The position numbers and the translations under genes were made by a program. From NCBI GenBank assembly GCA_000165345.1, contig CM000431.1, positions 608,001 to 672,000 on the forward strand: DNA of 64,000 nucleotides. The letters run 5' to 3'. The notes beneath the pieces were generated by a model. It was given only the letters and a program-made list of their open reading frames with translations, was not told the DNA's origin and searched no databases. Shown here in pieces: positions 43,402 through 54,448 of the stretch. Position 1 is the stretch's first letter. Every line of letters begins with the position of its first letter.

Positions 43402-44231
43402 ATGTTTTTCAATAATCACAAAGAAAAGATATCATCTGAATTGGTAAGTTACTGCCTATCAAATTTGGGTTATTGTAATTTCTGTAGCTTAAGAATATAG
43501 GGAAGGATGGCATTTCTATTGAACTAACAAATATTGAACCATACATTATTAAAGATTTGATGCAATCATTCATTTACACTGAGGGTAAGTCGGACAACTA
43601 GATATAACGAATAAAATAAATTGATGTAGATATTAATACCACCAAACAACGAAATTCCAATTTTCCGAAGTTTCAGTTTAGTTTTTCTAAGGGTGACAAT
43701 TTTAATAGTCAATTATACGGCGGCTGTCCGAGCTGTGGTAATTCGTATGACTTCTTGTTTTTATTAGATGCTTTTGAGAACGAGTACACATCATCGTCTC
43801 ACAATTTGATTGAAAACCATTATTTGAGATGCAAAATATGTAATTACCGATTTTTGAAATTACACAATCATAATTCTTCAGATTCTACAATTAATACTAA
43901 TAGTAATTCTTTTGAGAAGAAGCGCATTTATATAACAGGTATTAGAAAATCGTTATGTTTTGGAACTAACAATAAGTGGTGGGCAAAGTCTATTAGCGTT
44001 GGGAAAAGAATAGAAAAAGAGTCAGATAATAAGTCAGGGAAATCCAATAGTGTTATTAGGGTTCTTGATGCTATGCATAAAAAGAAGGCTCCTAAAATCC
44101 AGGAAATTTGTCCTGAATGCTCACATAACGAGGCATTCTTTACTCAATTCCAGGCTAGATCTGCAGATGAGGGTACTACAGTCATGTATGAATGTTGTAA
44201 ATGCCAGCATCGTAGGGTTATTAATAATTAA
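43402..44231 (+). CDS. RNA polymerase small subunit with a C-terminal TFIIS-type zinc ribbon (RPC11/RPA12/RPB9 family) and an N-terminal extension. Three exons: 43402..43443, 43488..43584, 43630..44231.
   Basis: The track ORF (43755..44231) ends ...CPECSHNEAFFTQFQARSADEGTTVMYECCKCQHR, a TFIIS-type ribbon closest to RPC11. Upstream in the same frame sits the first ribbon, GGCPSCG...CKICNY. That frame has no ATG before an in-frame TAA. Two canonical micro-introns of 44 and 45 nt (both GTAAGT...TAG) connect it to the ATG at 43402. An optional in-frame 30-nt intron at 43738..43767 is ambiguous. Confidence 0.5.
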
Positions 44232-44325
44232 CGTTTATTTTCTCAACTAGCACTTTTTTTCTTTTATTATGCGCTCTATATTTGCGCTCATCTTTTTTTC
44301 AATCAAATAACTTTATTATGGGTTA

Positions 44326-45435
44326 ATGTCTCTTGACGTTCTTATTAATTCAACTGAGCCTACAAAAGAGGGTCGTTTTTTGTCCGTTTTGGAACAGGAA
44401 TGTATTGATATTAAACTTTTACAAGACTTACTTTGGTCCGGTGTTCCTAGAGGTTCTCCGCCAGAGTTACGAAGAGATGCCTGGCAGATAATGCTGGGAT
44501 ATCTACCACCGAGGAAAGATCGAAAGAATTCGTATAAACTTAAAAAAATCAACGAATATAGATTGCTTTTGAAAGAACATATTGAACATGATAATTATTC
44601 TGAACAAGAAAAGAAGATATTAAGGCAGATTAGGGTAGATCTCCCCAGAACCTCAATTGAATATGAATCCTTAAAAAACCGAATAATTCTTGATTTAATG
44701 GAAAGAGTATTATTCCTTTGGGCAATTAGAAATCCTGCTAGCGGATATGTACAAGGAATTAATGATTTATTACCTCCTTTTCTCGTAGTTTTTCTACTTC
44801 CGTTCTCTCCAGAAGGCGATATTGAACTTCTAGATATCAATAAAATATCTTCTGAAAGGATGTTTGAGATTGAGGTTGAAATATATTGGTGTTTAACGAG
44901 GATGCTTGATACGTTACAAGAAAATTATGTTACAGAACAACCAGGAATACACAAACTTATTGTGCACCTACAAGATATTATAAAAAGGACAAACAAGCCT
45001 TTATTCCAACATTTGAAAGAACAGGGTGTTGATTTTCTGCAATTTTCATTCAGATGGATGAACTGTTTGTTGACCAGAGAATTCCCCACAAAGTGTGTTG
45101 TGAGGCTGTGGGACACATACATTGCAGAAAATACTCTCAATAAAACAAATAAGCCACTAAGATCAAGCTCAATTACATCATTAGATCAGATTCCTACTGG
45201 AAACAATGTAATTTCACATTTTAATGCGTTTCATGTTTATGTTTGCGCAGCATTCCTGTTGCACTGGGAAAAAAAGCTTAGAAATATGGAATTTTCAGAA
45301 ATCATGTTGTTTCTGCAAAATTCTCCTACAAAAAATTGGACAGAAAGAGATATTGACTCACTTCTTGCGCAGGCATTTGTTTTGCAAAGTTTATTCCATT
45401 TTTCTCCGAGACATCTAATTGATTATTCTAATTGA
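44326..45435 (+). CDS. TBC-domain Rab GTPase-activating protein (Gyp1/TBC1D22-like).
   Basis: The 369-aa ORF has TBC signatures: RDAWQIMLGYLPP, the arginine finger IRVDLPRT and the glutamine finger YVQGINDL. Confidence 0.8.
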   Translation: MSLDVLINSTEPTKEGRFLSVLEQECIDIKLLQDLLWSGVPRGSPPELRRDAWQIMLGYLPPRKDRKNSYKLKKINEYRLLLKEHIEHDNYSEQEKKILRQIRVDLPRTSIEYESLKNRIILDLMERVLFLWAIRNPASGYVQGINDLLPPFLVVFLLPFSPEGDIELLDINKISSERMFEIEVEIYWCLTRMLDTLQENYVTEQPGIHKLIVHLQDIIKRTNKPLFQHLKEQGVDFLQFSFRWMNCLLTREFPTKCVVRLWDTYIAENTLNKTNKPLRSSSITSLDQIPTGNNVISHFNAFHVYVCAAFLLHWEKKLRNMEFSEIMLFLQNSPTKNWTERDIDSLLAQAFVLQSLFHFSPRHLIDYSN

Positions 45436-46574
45436 TGCGGTACCGCAAAAAAAAACAAAAAAAAATGAATAGACTTAAGAATGCAATATTTACTTTACAG
45501 TCAAAAAAAACGGTTATTTCTATTTGTAAGCATATAGGCCTATTCAAAGATTTGGCCCTTCAAGTAGATTTAGTGAAAAATATTTTAAACTGTGAAATTT
45601 TGAAAAAATATCCGCTCCCTTTAATTTACCAAAGAAATTTAATATGTGAAATTGTAAAAATTATTGAGAGTGCTGGCGATGAAGTTTCTGATGAGTTATA
45701 TATGCATCTGTCTCAATTAATGGGTTCGTGCCACTCTAATTTAGTTTCTCATATTATCATTACTTTCCCTAACAATCAAACTGATATTTGTTTGAATTCT
45801 TCAAATCTAGTGAACTCTGGGAATTTTGTATTTGGATTTGAAGAATGTAACTTAGTTGGAATGAGACCTTGGTCTGCTGGATATCGACTTGTAGAATGGC
45901 TGATTCATTCTGTAAATCTTGGAAGAAATGTTGCTAATTCTGATTTAATTGAACTTGGTAGCGGAATTGGTATTTCAAGTATTATACCATATTCGGTTCT
46001 ACCTATAAAAAGTATCTGCTCTACAGACCACGATCCGAAAATTATTAATAACCTTAGATATAACTTTGAAATTAATGGAATTTTGTTAAACTCAGAATTT
46101 GAAGAACATGCCAAATCTAATTCTAATAAAAAATATGCGAGAGTAATGTGTCTTGACTGGGAAACTATAAATATTAACATCGCAAAAGAAATTCTCAAAC
46201 CTTTAAAAAATCCTATTATTATCTCATCTGACGTAATTTATGATAATGATTTAACTCTTTTATTTGTTAGAACCCTTAGATTCTTTTTATCATCTTGTCA
46301 TGAAAAAAAATTTGGTTCTTATCATAAGAAATGTATTAGTAAGGATCCCAAAAATAAATCGGTTAAATGGGATGAGCTTCAAGAAGCAGATTTTGGCTCG
46401 ATGTCAACATATGCAATCTCTGTAAACACAGTAAGGAATCAGCATACCATTCAATACTTTGTCGATTGCTGTATTGAAAATGGCTTGACAATCTCACGTG
46501 ACTCTAAAGTCATTCCTATGATATTTAATATTGAGTTGGATACACCAACTGTCATTTTCATTATTAGCTATTAA
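45435..46574 (+). CDS. Putative class I protein-lysine methyltransferase (METTL21/EEF2KMT/Nnt1-like).
   Basis: Contains GMRPWSAGYRLVEWL...LIELGSGIGISSI...STDHD...LDWE...IISSDVIYD, the pattern of the lysine-MTase family. Its ATG at 45435 overlaps the upstream TGA (TGATG). The start could instead be the internal Met MNRLKN. Confidence 0.5.
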   Translation: MRYRKKKQKKMNRLKNAIFTLQSKKTVISICKHIGLFKDLALQVDLVKNILNCEILKKYPLPLIYQRNLICEIVKIIESAGDEVSDELYMHLSQLMGSCHSNLVSHIIITFPNNQTDICLNSSNLVNSGNFVFGFEECNLVGMRPWSAGYRLVEWLIHSVNLGRNVANSDLIELGSGIGISSIIPYSVLPIKSICSTDHDPKIINNLRYNFEINGILLNSEFEEHAKSNSNKKYARVMCLDWETININIAKEILKPLKNPIIISSDVIYDNDLTLLFVRTLRFFLSSCHEKKFGSYHKKCISKDPKNKSVKWDELQEADFGSMSTYAISVNTVRNQHTIQYFVDCCIENGLTISRDSKVIPMIFNIELDTPTVIFIISY

Positions 46575-46830
46575 TCTTATGAAATAAGATAAATATAGAA
46601 ACTCAATTATTCGACTTAATTCAAAGCTATTGCTTGATAGCCAATAATAATTATCAGTAACCTTTAAACATTTCGTAATTGCCTACTAAATAAATAATAT
46701 TAATATAGGGCTATTAAAATAATTAAAGTTTGGCCCAATATAAATAATGAGTTCTAATCTAGATAAGTTGTAAAGCAGACAAAGTATTCATCTGAGGGTT
46801 GGGAATATAATATATGTACATATATTTATA

Positions 46831-48015
46831 TTAATAAGCATTATTTTTAGAATTATTACACTCAATATCATATTTTTGATGCTTAAACGTAGATAATAGT
46901 GTTTTTAGAGACTCCGCAATATTTCCTGTTCTTGTAGAGTCATCGCTTGGGCGTTGTGTAATGATTGGGAATTTACCAAATTCACCCAAATTATTCGTTT
47001 CTTGAAAAGGAGCCGATGATTGATATAATAACCTAAAATCCGGATGAACGCGTAGATCATTACGATTAACATTTCGTTTTGAAAATTCGGAATATAATTC
47101 ACAGTGTGAAGCATCTCTTGCAACTAGTCTTTTGAGCACTCTGGAAGTGCCGCATTTTATAGGTTTGTACTTCTTTTTTGTGTTCAACGATGATTGCTGT
47201 TTATACCTTTCCTCGCTTGAAATGCGAAGAGATTTGTTACAAACACCTGAGTTCCGACTACTTGCAGTAGCTCTGGAGTCAGAATTTAACGTTCTGCTAT
47301 GCGTATTTGCAAACTGAATCTCTAAGATAACTCCATTAAAATCATAGCCATTCAAGGCTTTTTGAGATGCTTCTGCACCTCTAATGTCGTAGAACTCTAC
47401 AAACTTCTCTGATTCTCGCTTTCGATTACTGCTGACCTTTTTAACTTCGCCATAGGCGCAAAATAACTCTTTATAATCGTCTTCAGTATTCGGGTCGGTT
47501 GCAGTTTTATTACTTACAATCGGTTTAATATACAACGTTCCTGTATTAGTATCTCTCGAGGGCCTACCGTCTCTACCTCTAGAATACTGAGCATCAATTA
47601 TTCTTCCTTGAACTAAGGAACTTTTCAATGTATTTCTTGCCCCTTCCGCTTTTCTTATATCAAAGTATTCTACAAATGCAATTCCTTTACGAGGATATAC
47701 GGCAACTTTCTTCAGATCGCCAAATGGTTCGCAAAGTTCTCTAACGGAGTCTTCAGTCATATCATATGGCAGTTTACAAAGGTAGAGTGTTCTGGAAATA
47801 TATGTTTCAGTAATAGGATCATCCAAATCAGTTGTAATTACATGTTGACATGGATTTTTAGATGCGCCTTGATATTGAATCGAATAATTTTGGTGATTCG
47901 AATTTAAGAACAGCCTATTATCATTATTACTTGCAATACTCTGAGAATAAGGATCTGATCTAAACATTGAAACATGTTGGGTTGTTTTTCCCCAGAAACG
48001 TGACAAATGAAACAT
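46831..48015 (-). CDS. Mei2-like RRM RNA-binding protein.
   Basis: The 394-aa ORF has two RRMs with the Mei2-type motif F(V)E(Y/F)(F/Y)DIR.AE.A: RTLYLCKLPYDMTEDSV...GIAFVEYFDIRKAEGARNTL and ...KFVEFYDIRGAEASQKALNGYDFNGVILEIQFA. Confidence 0.5.
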   Translation of the reverse strand: MFHLSRFWGKTTQHVSMFRSDPYSQSIASNNDNRLFLNSNHQNYSIQYQGASKNPCQHVITTDLDDPITETYISRTLYLCKLPYDMTEDSVRELCEPFGDLKKVAVYPRKGIAFVEYFDIRKAEGARNTLKSSLVQGRIIDAQYSRGRDGRPSRDTNTGTLYIKPIVSNKTATDPNTEDDYKELFCAYGEVKKVSSNRKRESEKFVEFYDIRGAEASQKALNGYDFNGVILEIQFANTHSRTLNSDSRATASSRNSGVCNKSLRISSEERYKQQSSLNTKKKYKPIKCGTSRVLKRLVARDASHCELYSEFSKRNVNRNDLRVHPDFRLLYQSSAPFQETNNLGEFGKFPIITQRPSDDSTRTGNIAESLKTLLSTFKHQKYDIECNNSKNNAY

Positions 48016-48067
48016 TTGAAAAGCAATGGCTTACCGCCCATAGAGGCGCCAAATAGCCGGCGCCTAA

Positions 48068-49717
48068 TTAGTTTTTTTCTCTGTTGCGATTCGTTACACA
48101 GTTTTGAACTTTAGATGCAAACCTTAGAGAGCTAATAGTTTCGTTTATGGAATGTGAAGAAGGTGAGATGTGCACCAACATAGCTGCTTTACTATTTCCT
48201 CCAAGTGAATTTTTGAGAACCATTGTAAGCTTACTATTTCTAAAGGGTATATGATCCTTCCCCTGATTAATAGACTGAATTACATCTCCTAATGCACTCA
48301 ATGACTTATTGATAAACTGAGCTTCCTTCATTCTTTCTCCTGCAACACCGCTTTTGTTTACCCTTTCTGACCCGGCTAGGTCGATTAATGATAAGGTTGA
48401 ACTTATATTCCTTGAATCGGGGTTTGACTCGTCTGCGTCTTGACAGTGTTTTCCAGATATCTTCAACTGAATAATACTGTGCGATCTTGAACTTCTTTCA
48501 TTGCAATCTGTTGATGCCTCTGATCGGTGTTTGTGTGCCATTTTTAACAAATTATTCACATCGTTGATATTATTGACTTTGATTAAATTAATTCCAACAA
48601 TAGTTGCAGAACCAAATTGGTCTATTTTTACTTCCGAATTTTTCTGTTTAGGTGTAGTTAGGTCACGGATAGTTTCGTTATAAACTTCAATTGCGGAATA
48701 TTCAAGGTTATATGTCCATCCCTTTTCACAATTCCTATCTATATTATCAAAAATTAACTTAAGAGCTCTAGGAATCATCCCATATTCATTTACATCTTTC
48801 CCACCCAACATAGTGAATGTTTTTCCACTTCCAGTTTGTCCATAGGAAAATAAAGAAACATTGTAACCATCTAAAGCCGACTGTATTAGTTGTGAAACTT
48901 CTTCAAAAACCTCATGTTGAGTCGAAACTGAAGAGAAAATGTAGTCAAATTTAAATGTTAAAAGATTTGTACCTCTGGTAGTTGTGTTATTTATAGTAAT
49001 TGTTGATGCATCCTCCGAAATATCATACTTAATGCAAAAATCTTGCTCCGAAATTGTAGGAGGCCTAACTCTGCAAAATACTCGTATATTACCCCTTATA
49101 TCTTGTAATTCATTAAATAACTTTCTCCTGGTATCATTTAACAATATTGAGTGGCGCTGCAAGCGATACTTCCATGATAAAATTTCTTGGTTTGCAAGCT
49201 CTAACTGTTGAGCTAATGATAATCTTGCCGTATTTGCCCAATATTTTTTCTTAATAGTTTCATTTAAAACTTCTAACTTATTTTCAAGGTCTCTTTTTAT
49301 TATTGATTTCTCAGAAAACGTTTCTTTTAGTTCATTATTTTCGTTGGTTGCTTCATCATGCAACTGTTTTAATTTACCTAATTTTGTTTCAATTCTCAAT
49401 AGTTGATCTTTTTTATTGTCTAACATTTCCTTAAGATTTTTCTTTAATTCGTTCATTTCGTTCGTGTAAGATTTATGATCTTCCACCATAACGGATAATT
49501 TTTTTTTAATTGAATTAATTGTGTTACTTTTTTCTTTGTTGATCAAAATAAGATGGTCGGCATCATTTTGTCTTCTAATCAACAAATCCGAAAGTTCAGC
49601 TTGCTTACTTTCGAGATCATTGATTTTTTCTTGGAAAAATATATTAATATCCCCTTGTCTAGATTTATTATATCTTATTTGTGTATTTTCTCTTTTCATT
49701 AAAATAGCTTTATTCAC
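48068..49717 (-). CDS. Kinesin-14 family, a C-terminal motor kinesin (KIFC1/Kar3/Ncd-like).
   Basis: The 549-aa ORF has an N-terminal coiled coil, then the kinesin-14 neck NIRVFCRVRP. Motor motifs are GQTGSGKTFTM (P-loop), SSRSHS (switch I) and LIDLAGSE (switch II). The motor lies at the C-terminus. Confidence 0.85.
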   Translation of the reverse strand: MNKAILMKRENTQIRYNKSRQGDINIFFQEKINDLESKQAELSDLLIRRQNDADHLILINKEKSNTINSIKKKLSVMVEDHKSYTNEMNELKKNLKEMLDNKKDQLLRIETKLGKLKQLHDEATNENNELKETFSEKSIIKRDLENKLEVLNETIKKKYWANTARLSLAQQLELANQEILSWKYRLQRHSILLNDTRRKLFNELQDIRGNIRVFCRVRPPTISEQDFCIKYDISEDASTITINNTTTRGTNLLTFKFDYIFSSVSTQHEVFEEVSQLIQSALDGYNVSLFSYGQTGSGKTFTMLGGKDVNEYGMIPRALKLIFDNIDRNCEKGWTYNLEYSAIEVYNETIRDLTTPKQKNSEVKIDQFGSATIVGINLIKVNNINDVNNLLKMAHKHRSEASTDCNERSSRSHSIIQLKISGKHCQDADESNPDSRNISSTLSLIDLAGSERVNKSGVAGERMKEAQFINKSLSALGDVIQSINQGKDHIPFRNSKLTMVLKNSLGGNSKAAMLVHISPSSHSINETISSLRFASKVQNCVTNRNREKN

Positions 49718-49917
49718 AAGTAAGATTAACTAACCCACATCAAAAGCATAACCGCTTTAAAAAAGAGCTGAAAATTTGAAAGCAAAAAGTTGTAAGTAAC
49801 TTTATCTAAATTTATTCAAAATTAATGTAATAACTAATTTTTTGCATTTCCTAGCTTTTCAACTGCATAGAGTATCGCGCTACAATAATTATAAAAAATG
49901 TATAATTAATTTAACTT

Positions 49918-52900
49918 ATGTCAAACAATACTTTTGAGGAAGTCCCAATTAGGGGCACAATTAAATTACTGCATGATAAGCTTTCTTTGCTATTCCGTTT
50001 GAGTATCTTAGAATCTACTGAGATCCTTCTAGAAATTGATGAGTCAATTTCAAAATGTGACGGCTATTGTATCTCATCTTGCGCAGAAGTTATTGTTCCA
50101 CCAATAATCATGGCAATTCACAATTGTATAAGGAATAAACTTCATCCAACTAATGAATTAAGTGGTTCGAATCATAACAAAAATTTAAATACGAAATCTT
50201 CTCTGCAATTGGAAGAACTATTAAAAATTCTCTTGAATGTCTTGCAAAAAATGAATTCAAAGACATCAAAAATCATTTTTAGTCGCATATCAAATGCTTT
50301 TTTTGATATACTTTACGTAATAACTGAAGTTCTACGTATATTTATTTACGAAAGAAATGAATTTATTATTGAATATAGTATTAAAATTGCACATCTAGAC
50401 TTTAATATTTTTTGGGAATATTGGGAACATAAAAATACAAATACGAATATAAATCAACATCTAATTATCCCTGTAATTATACAATTTTTATTATCAATAG
50501 CAATTCCCAGCAAAAATGAATTCAATTATTCAAAAGAAACCCAAACTTTAGCTCTAAAGTTATTATCTGAAATTCCAGGCATTATTGAAAATAATGATTT
50601 ATTAATAAAAGTGTACCCTGGAGTTATTCAAAGATTAAGCATACAACTAATTAATTCTATTGAGAAAGGTAGCTCCAAAAAACTAATAGAATTATCATTA
50701 TTTGCAATAATTGAATGGATAAGTAATTGTCTTTCTAACTTGAATCATGAAACGAAAAATATCTGCTCGAACATGGAAAATATTAAAAACACAGCTAAAA
50801 TATTGAACTATATTATCAAGTATAAAACATTAGAATTGAACTTAGATTGCTCATATAAAAGTGGTAATATAAATTATTTAAATGATAGCGTATGCATGTT
50901 AAAAGTTAAATCACTTTTCGCAAGTATTACAAGAATGTGTTTTACAGATTTATTTGATATTTTTTACGATAGCTTTGACGAACTTTTAATAACTTCTCTT
51001 GACTTTTTAATTTCATTGAAATCCGAAGGCAATTATAATAATCCACTAATTGATAATGTTCTTAATTCGATTTCAAAAAATCAAAGTAACAGAAAGATGA
51101 GGTCATTTTTTTCAAATTATTCTCGAAAGTTTGGAATTAATTTTGATCAAAGTAACACGGAAAAATTTACTTCGGTTGAACTTAATGAAGAAAATAATTT
51201 AACAGACTTTATTCGTAAACTAACTTTATATATTGGCTTCCATAAAACAGAAAATCAATTTTTTAAGCATATAATTTCCACATTTTGTGCAGAAAAAGCC
51301 TTCAACTTTTTTCTTATCATACTAATATCTAATCTAAACCTAACAATGTACGAAAAATCAATTAAAGATTCAAAGAAAAATTTTAGCTTCAATTTTAAAA
51401 ACCGATCGTTAAATAAGGAAAATTATATTCTGAAAGCAATCGATTTAACAGAAAGAACGAGCAATAATATATTCCAAAACTATTCTTATAATATTCCAAA
51501 TAAGAATGAGAGTATTATATCCAATGACAAACTGGAAGCTTTTCAGCTATATGGTGACTTATTCACCTTAACTTTTTTCAATATTAAGAGATTTGGGTTT
51601 GAGAAATCAAAAATGATTTCAAGCTTATTTATTAAATCAATTTCAATTTCAATATTAGATTTGAACTATGAAAAAATGGAGTGTAAATATATTCTTCAAT
51701 GTATTACGCAACATTTTGTAAAACTTTGTAATAGTGAGAGAGATAAACATATTCCTTTACAACATTTTATTTTATATATCTTAGTATGTAATGCCACGCA
51801 ACTCATTTTAAATCAATCAGTATTTGGCAATCCTCTATATAACGAACTGCCGAATTTTGAAACAAAAAATTTGCCAAATATTATAATTAGTTGGTTCAAC
51901 TTTGCTATTGAGGAATTAAGTATAGAACTTATTCAAGAGAGTATGTCAAATTATACAGAAATTAATAGAAATATTTTATTAATTCTTCTGGGAAATCTAC
52001 TATTAATTGCGAGAAATATTGGATTAGATGGAGAAATTTTTATTAAAAAACTTAATAAAGTCATAACGCAATTAATATCACTATATGGCTATGGCTCACC
52101 AATTACGAAGAAAATTGCAGCTTATATTCTAAACCAAATTTTTCTAATGTTAGGTTATTCATCATATAAATTTTCAATTAATACGATTATTAATGAATAT
52201 TCTCTTGAAATCATTAGGTCACTAGAAATTATGTACTATAAAGGCTATTCCGAGGAAAAAGTTGATCTAATCTTGACGGCTCTTCAGCATTGTAAATTGG
52301 GATTCATTTTGGAACTATCAGATTTAATTGAAAAGTTTAATGATATAAATATAAATAATAATCCTTGGATATTTGAATTTATTGCAATAATCACAAAACG
52401 TATAGCAAACTGCATTCTAACATATTGGGATAATTTTTCCTTTCATAAGATATTCAAGAACGCACAAATTTCTGCTTTCAAACAGAAACTTGAATCTTTC
52501 CAAACATTAAATACCACAATTAAAGAAATATACTATGAATATTTCTTAGATTATATAACTTCACAAGAGAATGACATTCCTAACTTTTATCCAACACAAA
52601 ATTTTATAAATAGTATTAAAAGCCAAAATATAGATCATTTAGATCTTTTTGAACAGGAATTACTGGAGGAAATTGATATTTCTAATGAAATTTCAAAAAT
52701 TCGTAAAGTTATTGAAAGAATGATTAATATTATCTATTCATATACATCAGAGAGTGATGAGAAGAATTTTAGCATTCAGGATCATCGATATTTGTCTACA
52801 TATTCATTATTAAATTGTATTTTTATACTTTCCACTGAGACAACTTGTTTATTTCCCTACGCAAATATGATAATTCCTGGGATAATTAATCAATGGATGG

Positions 52901-53523
52901 CTATAATAAGCAACATAAGAAGCGATAACTTTGAAAAATCTAAAATTGAAGCAATCAAATCACGTGAGCTTTGCCAAACAAATATTATTGTAATACAATT
53001 AATCATTTCATGCACTGAATTTGCAATTAAAGTTCTAGAAGACAAATTAATTCCATTGATTACAGAATTTATTGAATTTATTTTTTCAAGCCATGAAGCC
53101 ATTACACTTATGGATGATAGAGAGTCAGAATTAAATTCGGAATTTCAAAAAATGTGTATATCTACATTAGAAGTTCTCTACTATTTCACCAAATTTTACC
53201 TTAAATTGAATTCAGCTGAAATCAAGTTTGAAACGTTAAACAACATAGTAAACTTACTAATATCTCCAATTAATTCGTTCCTTTCAGTTAAATGGAGAAT
53301 TGTTGTCTCAAAAACCATATTTCATATATATTTTAAATTCCCATGTATTATTAATTCCAAGTTAATCGTTCAAAGTAAAAACTATAACACAACATGCCTA
53401 AAAGAAATAGTTATCATGATTAAATTAGCGGAAAATAACTTAACTGCAATTTTTAACAATATTAGTATTATTTCTGAAACTCGAGGAGAATTTAATTTAA
53501 AGTTGAAAATTAACAAATTTTAG
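49918..53523 (+). CDS. Large hypothetical protein; predicted helical-repeat.
   Basis: 1201-aa uninterrupted ORF, Leu/Ile/Asn-rich, with no recognisable catalytic motif. Confidence 0.4.
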   Translation: MSNNTFEEVPIRGTIKLLHDKLSLLFRLSILESTEILLEIDESISKCDGYCISSCAEVIVPPIIMAIHNCIRNKLHPTNELSGSNHNKNLNTKSSLQLEELLKILLNVLQKMNSKTSKIIFSRISNAFFDILYVITEVLRIFIYERNEFIIEYSIKIAHLDFNIFWEYWEHKNTNTNINQHLIIPVIIQFLLSIAIPSKNEFNYSKETQTLALKLLSEIPGIIENNDLLIKVYPGVIQRLSIQLINSIEKGSSKKLIELSLFAIIEWISNCLSNLNHETKNICSNMENIKNTAKILNYIIKYKTLELNLDCSYKSGNINYLNDSVCMLKVKSLFASITRMCFTDLFDIFYDSFDELLITSLDFLISLKSEGNYNNPLIDNVLNSISKNQSNRKMRSFFSNYSRKFGINFDQSNTEKFTSVELNEENNLTDFIRKLTLYIGFHKTENQFFKHIISTFCAEKAFNFFLIILISNLNLTMYEKSIKDSKKNFSFNFKNRSLNKENYILKAIDLTERTSNNIFQNYSYNIPNKNESIISNDKLEAFQLYGDLFTLTFFNIKRFGFEKSKMISSLFIKSISISILDLNYEKMECKYILQCITQHFVKLCNSERDKHIPLQHFILYILVCNATQLILNQSVFGNPLYNELPNFETKNLPNIIISWFNFAIEELSIELIQESMSNYTEINRNILLILLGNLLLIARNIGLDGEIFIKKLNKVITQLISLYGYGSPITKKIAAYILNQIFLMLGYSSYKFSINTIINEYSLEIIRSLEIMYYKGYSEEKVDLILTALQHCKLGFILELSDLIEKFNDININNNPWIFEFIAIITKRIANCILTYWDNFSFHKIFKNAQISAFKQKLESFQTLNTTIKEIYYEYFLDYITSQENDIPNFYPTQNFINSIKSQNIDHLDLFEQELLEEIDISNEISKIRKVIERMINIIYSYTSESDEKNFSIQDHRYLSTYSLLNCIFILSTETTCLFPYANMIIPGIINQWMAIISNIRSDNFEKSKIEAIKSRELCQTNIIVIQLIISCTEFAIKVLEDKLIPLITEFIEFIFSSHEAITLMDDRESELNSEFQKMCISTLEVLYYFTKFYLKLNSAEIKFETLNNIVNLLISPINSFLSVKWRIVVSKTIFHIYFKFPCIINSKLIVQSKNYNTTCLKEIVIMIKLAENNLTAIFNNISIISETRGEFNLKLKINKF

Positions 53524-53603
53524 CGGGATTCTGCTACATGCGATTTTTCTTCAAAAAATAATCAACACCAAGATAAGAACCAAAGGATAAATAAACTAAT
53601 CAA

Positions 53604-54179
53604 ATGGATGCCAATAATATTGTTCCTGAAAATATAAAGCATATTCAACAACAAAGTCTTAACCCCACAACAACGCTTAATAAAAAATTAATATTTTCAA
53701 GTAACGAAAGGAATAATCTTTGGGACTTGTTTTCTAGTAATTTTTTATTATTTAAATTTTACCCATCAGGAAATGAAATTGAGGAAGAGCTCAAATCAAT
53801 CCATGAAATGATAAAAGTTTTCGAAAACTGGAAGTCACTGATTTCGACAAAGAAAATGTCCTTATTTGATTTTTGTAAAACTATTGAAAAATTCACATTT
53901 CATACAGAAACGCAAGATTACCGTTTGAGAACGGTATTTAACTACAAATCAATCAAAAGTGGGATGCATTCTAATATGAGCAATTACGAGTTTAGACCAA
54001 TCAGTTCAAAAGAGCATACTGATCAAAGAAATATAGTCGGCGATCAAAATGATGATTCAAAATCCATTAATTCCAATCAGAACTTAGACACTAGTTGTGG
54101 AATTGAGGAAAAGCTAAAGGCTAAAAGAGAACTGGCTTTGAAAAGAAGGAAACTACTTTTAACTAATAAAGTATTGTGA
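53604..54179 (+). CDS. Hypothetical protein, possibly TIPIN/Csm3-like.
   Basis: The 191-aa ORF has the central segment IKVFENWKSLISTKKMSLFDFCKTIEKF, which resembles the Tipin core ([24 protein letters not shown]). The C-terminus EEKLKAKRELALKRRKL resembles the RPA32-binding motif found in TIPIN, UNG2 and XPA. Weak. Confidence 0.35.
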   Translation: MDANNIVPENIKHIQQQSLNPTTTLNKKLIFSSNERNNLWDLFSSNFLLFKFYPSGNEIEEELKSIHEMIKVFENWKSLISTKKMSLFDFCKTIEKFTFHTETQDYRLRTVFNYKSIKSGMHSNMSNYEFRPISSKEHTDQRNIVGDQNDDSKSINSNQNLDTSCGIEEKLKAKRELALKRRKLLLTNKVL

Positions 54180-54448
54180 CTTAGTTTATCTTCGTAATTA
54201 CTAGATCATTTACTACTTCTAGACTTCAAGAATATGTTAGTAGATTCTGCAATTATTTATATATTTGGCAAAAAATATTAATACCATTATACCAATTAAT
54301 GTCTTAAAATTTGTTTTATACCACCGCTTATATTCACTAGACATGACGCCCTGATGATCGATGTAATAATTGAAACAAAAAACAATAGTTACGTTGTTCC
54401 TGATTTTGGCGTTGAGGTCATATTTAAAGGCGAATTATCCAGGAAATT

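Noticed and set aside
43738-43767. Possible 30-nt in-frame intron (GTAATT...TATTAG) between the two halves of the first zinc ribbon of the Pol subunit.
   Set aside because: Its length is outside the 41-50 nt class and the read-through is also in frame. It cannot be decided from sequence alone, so it is left unspliced.
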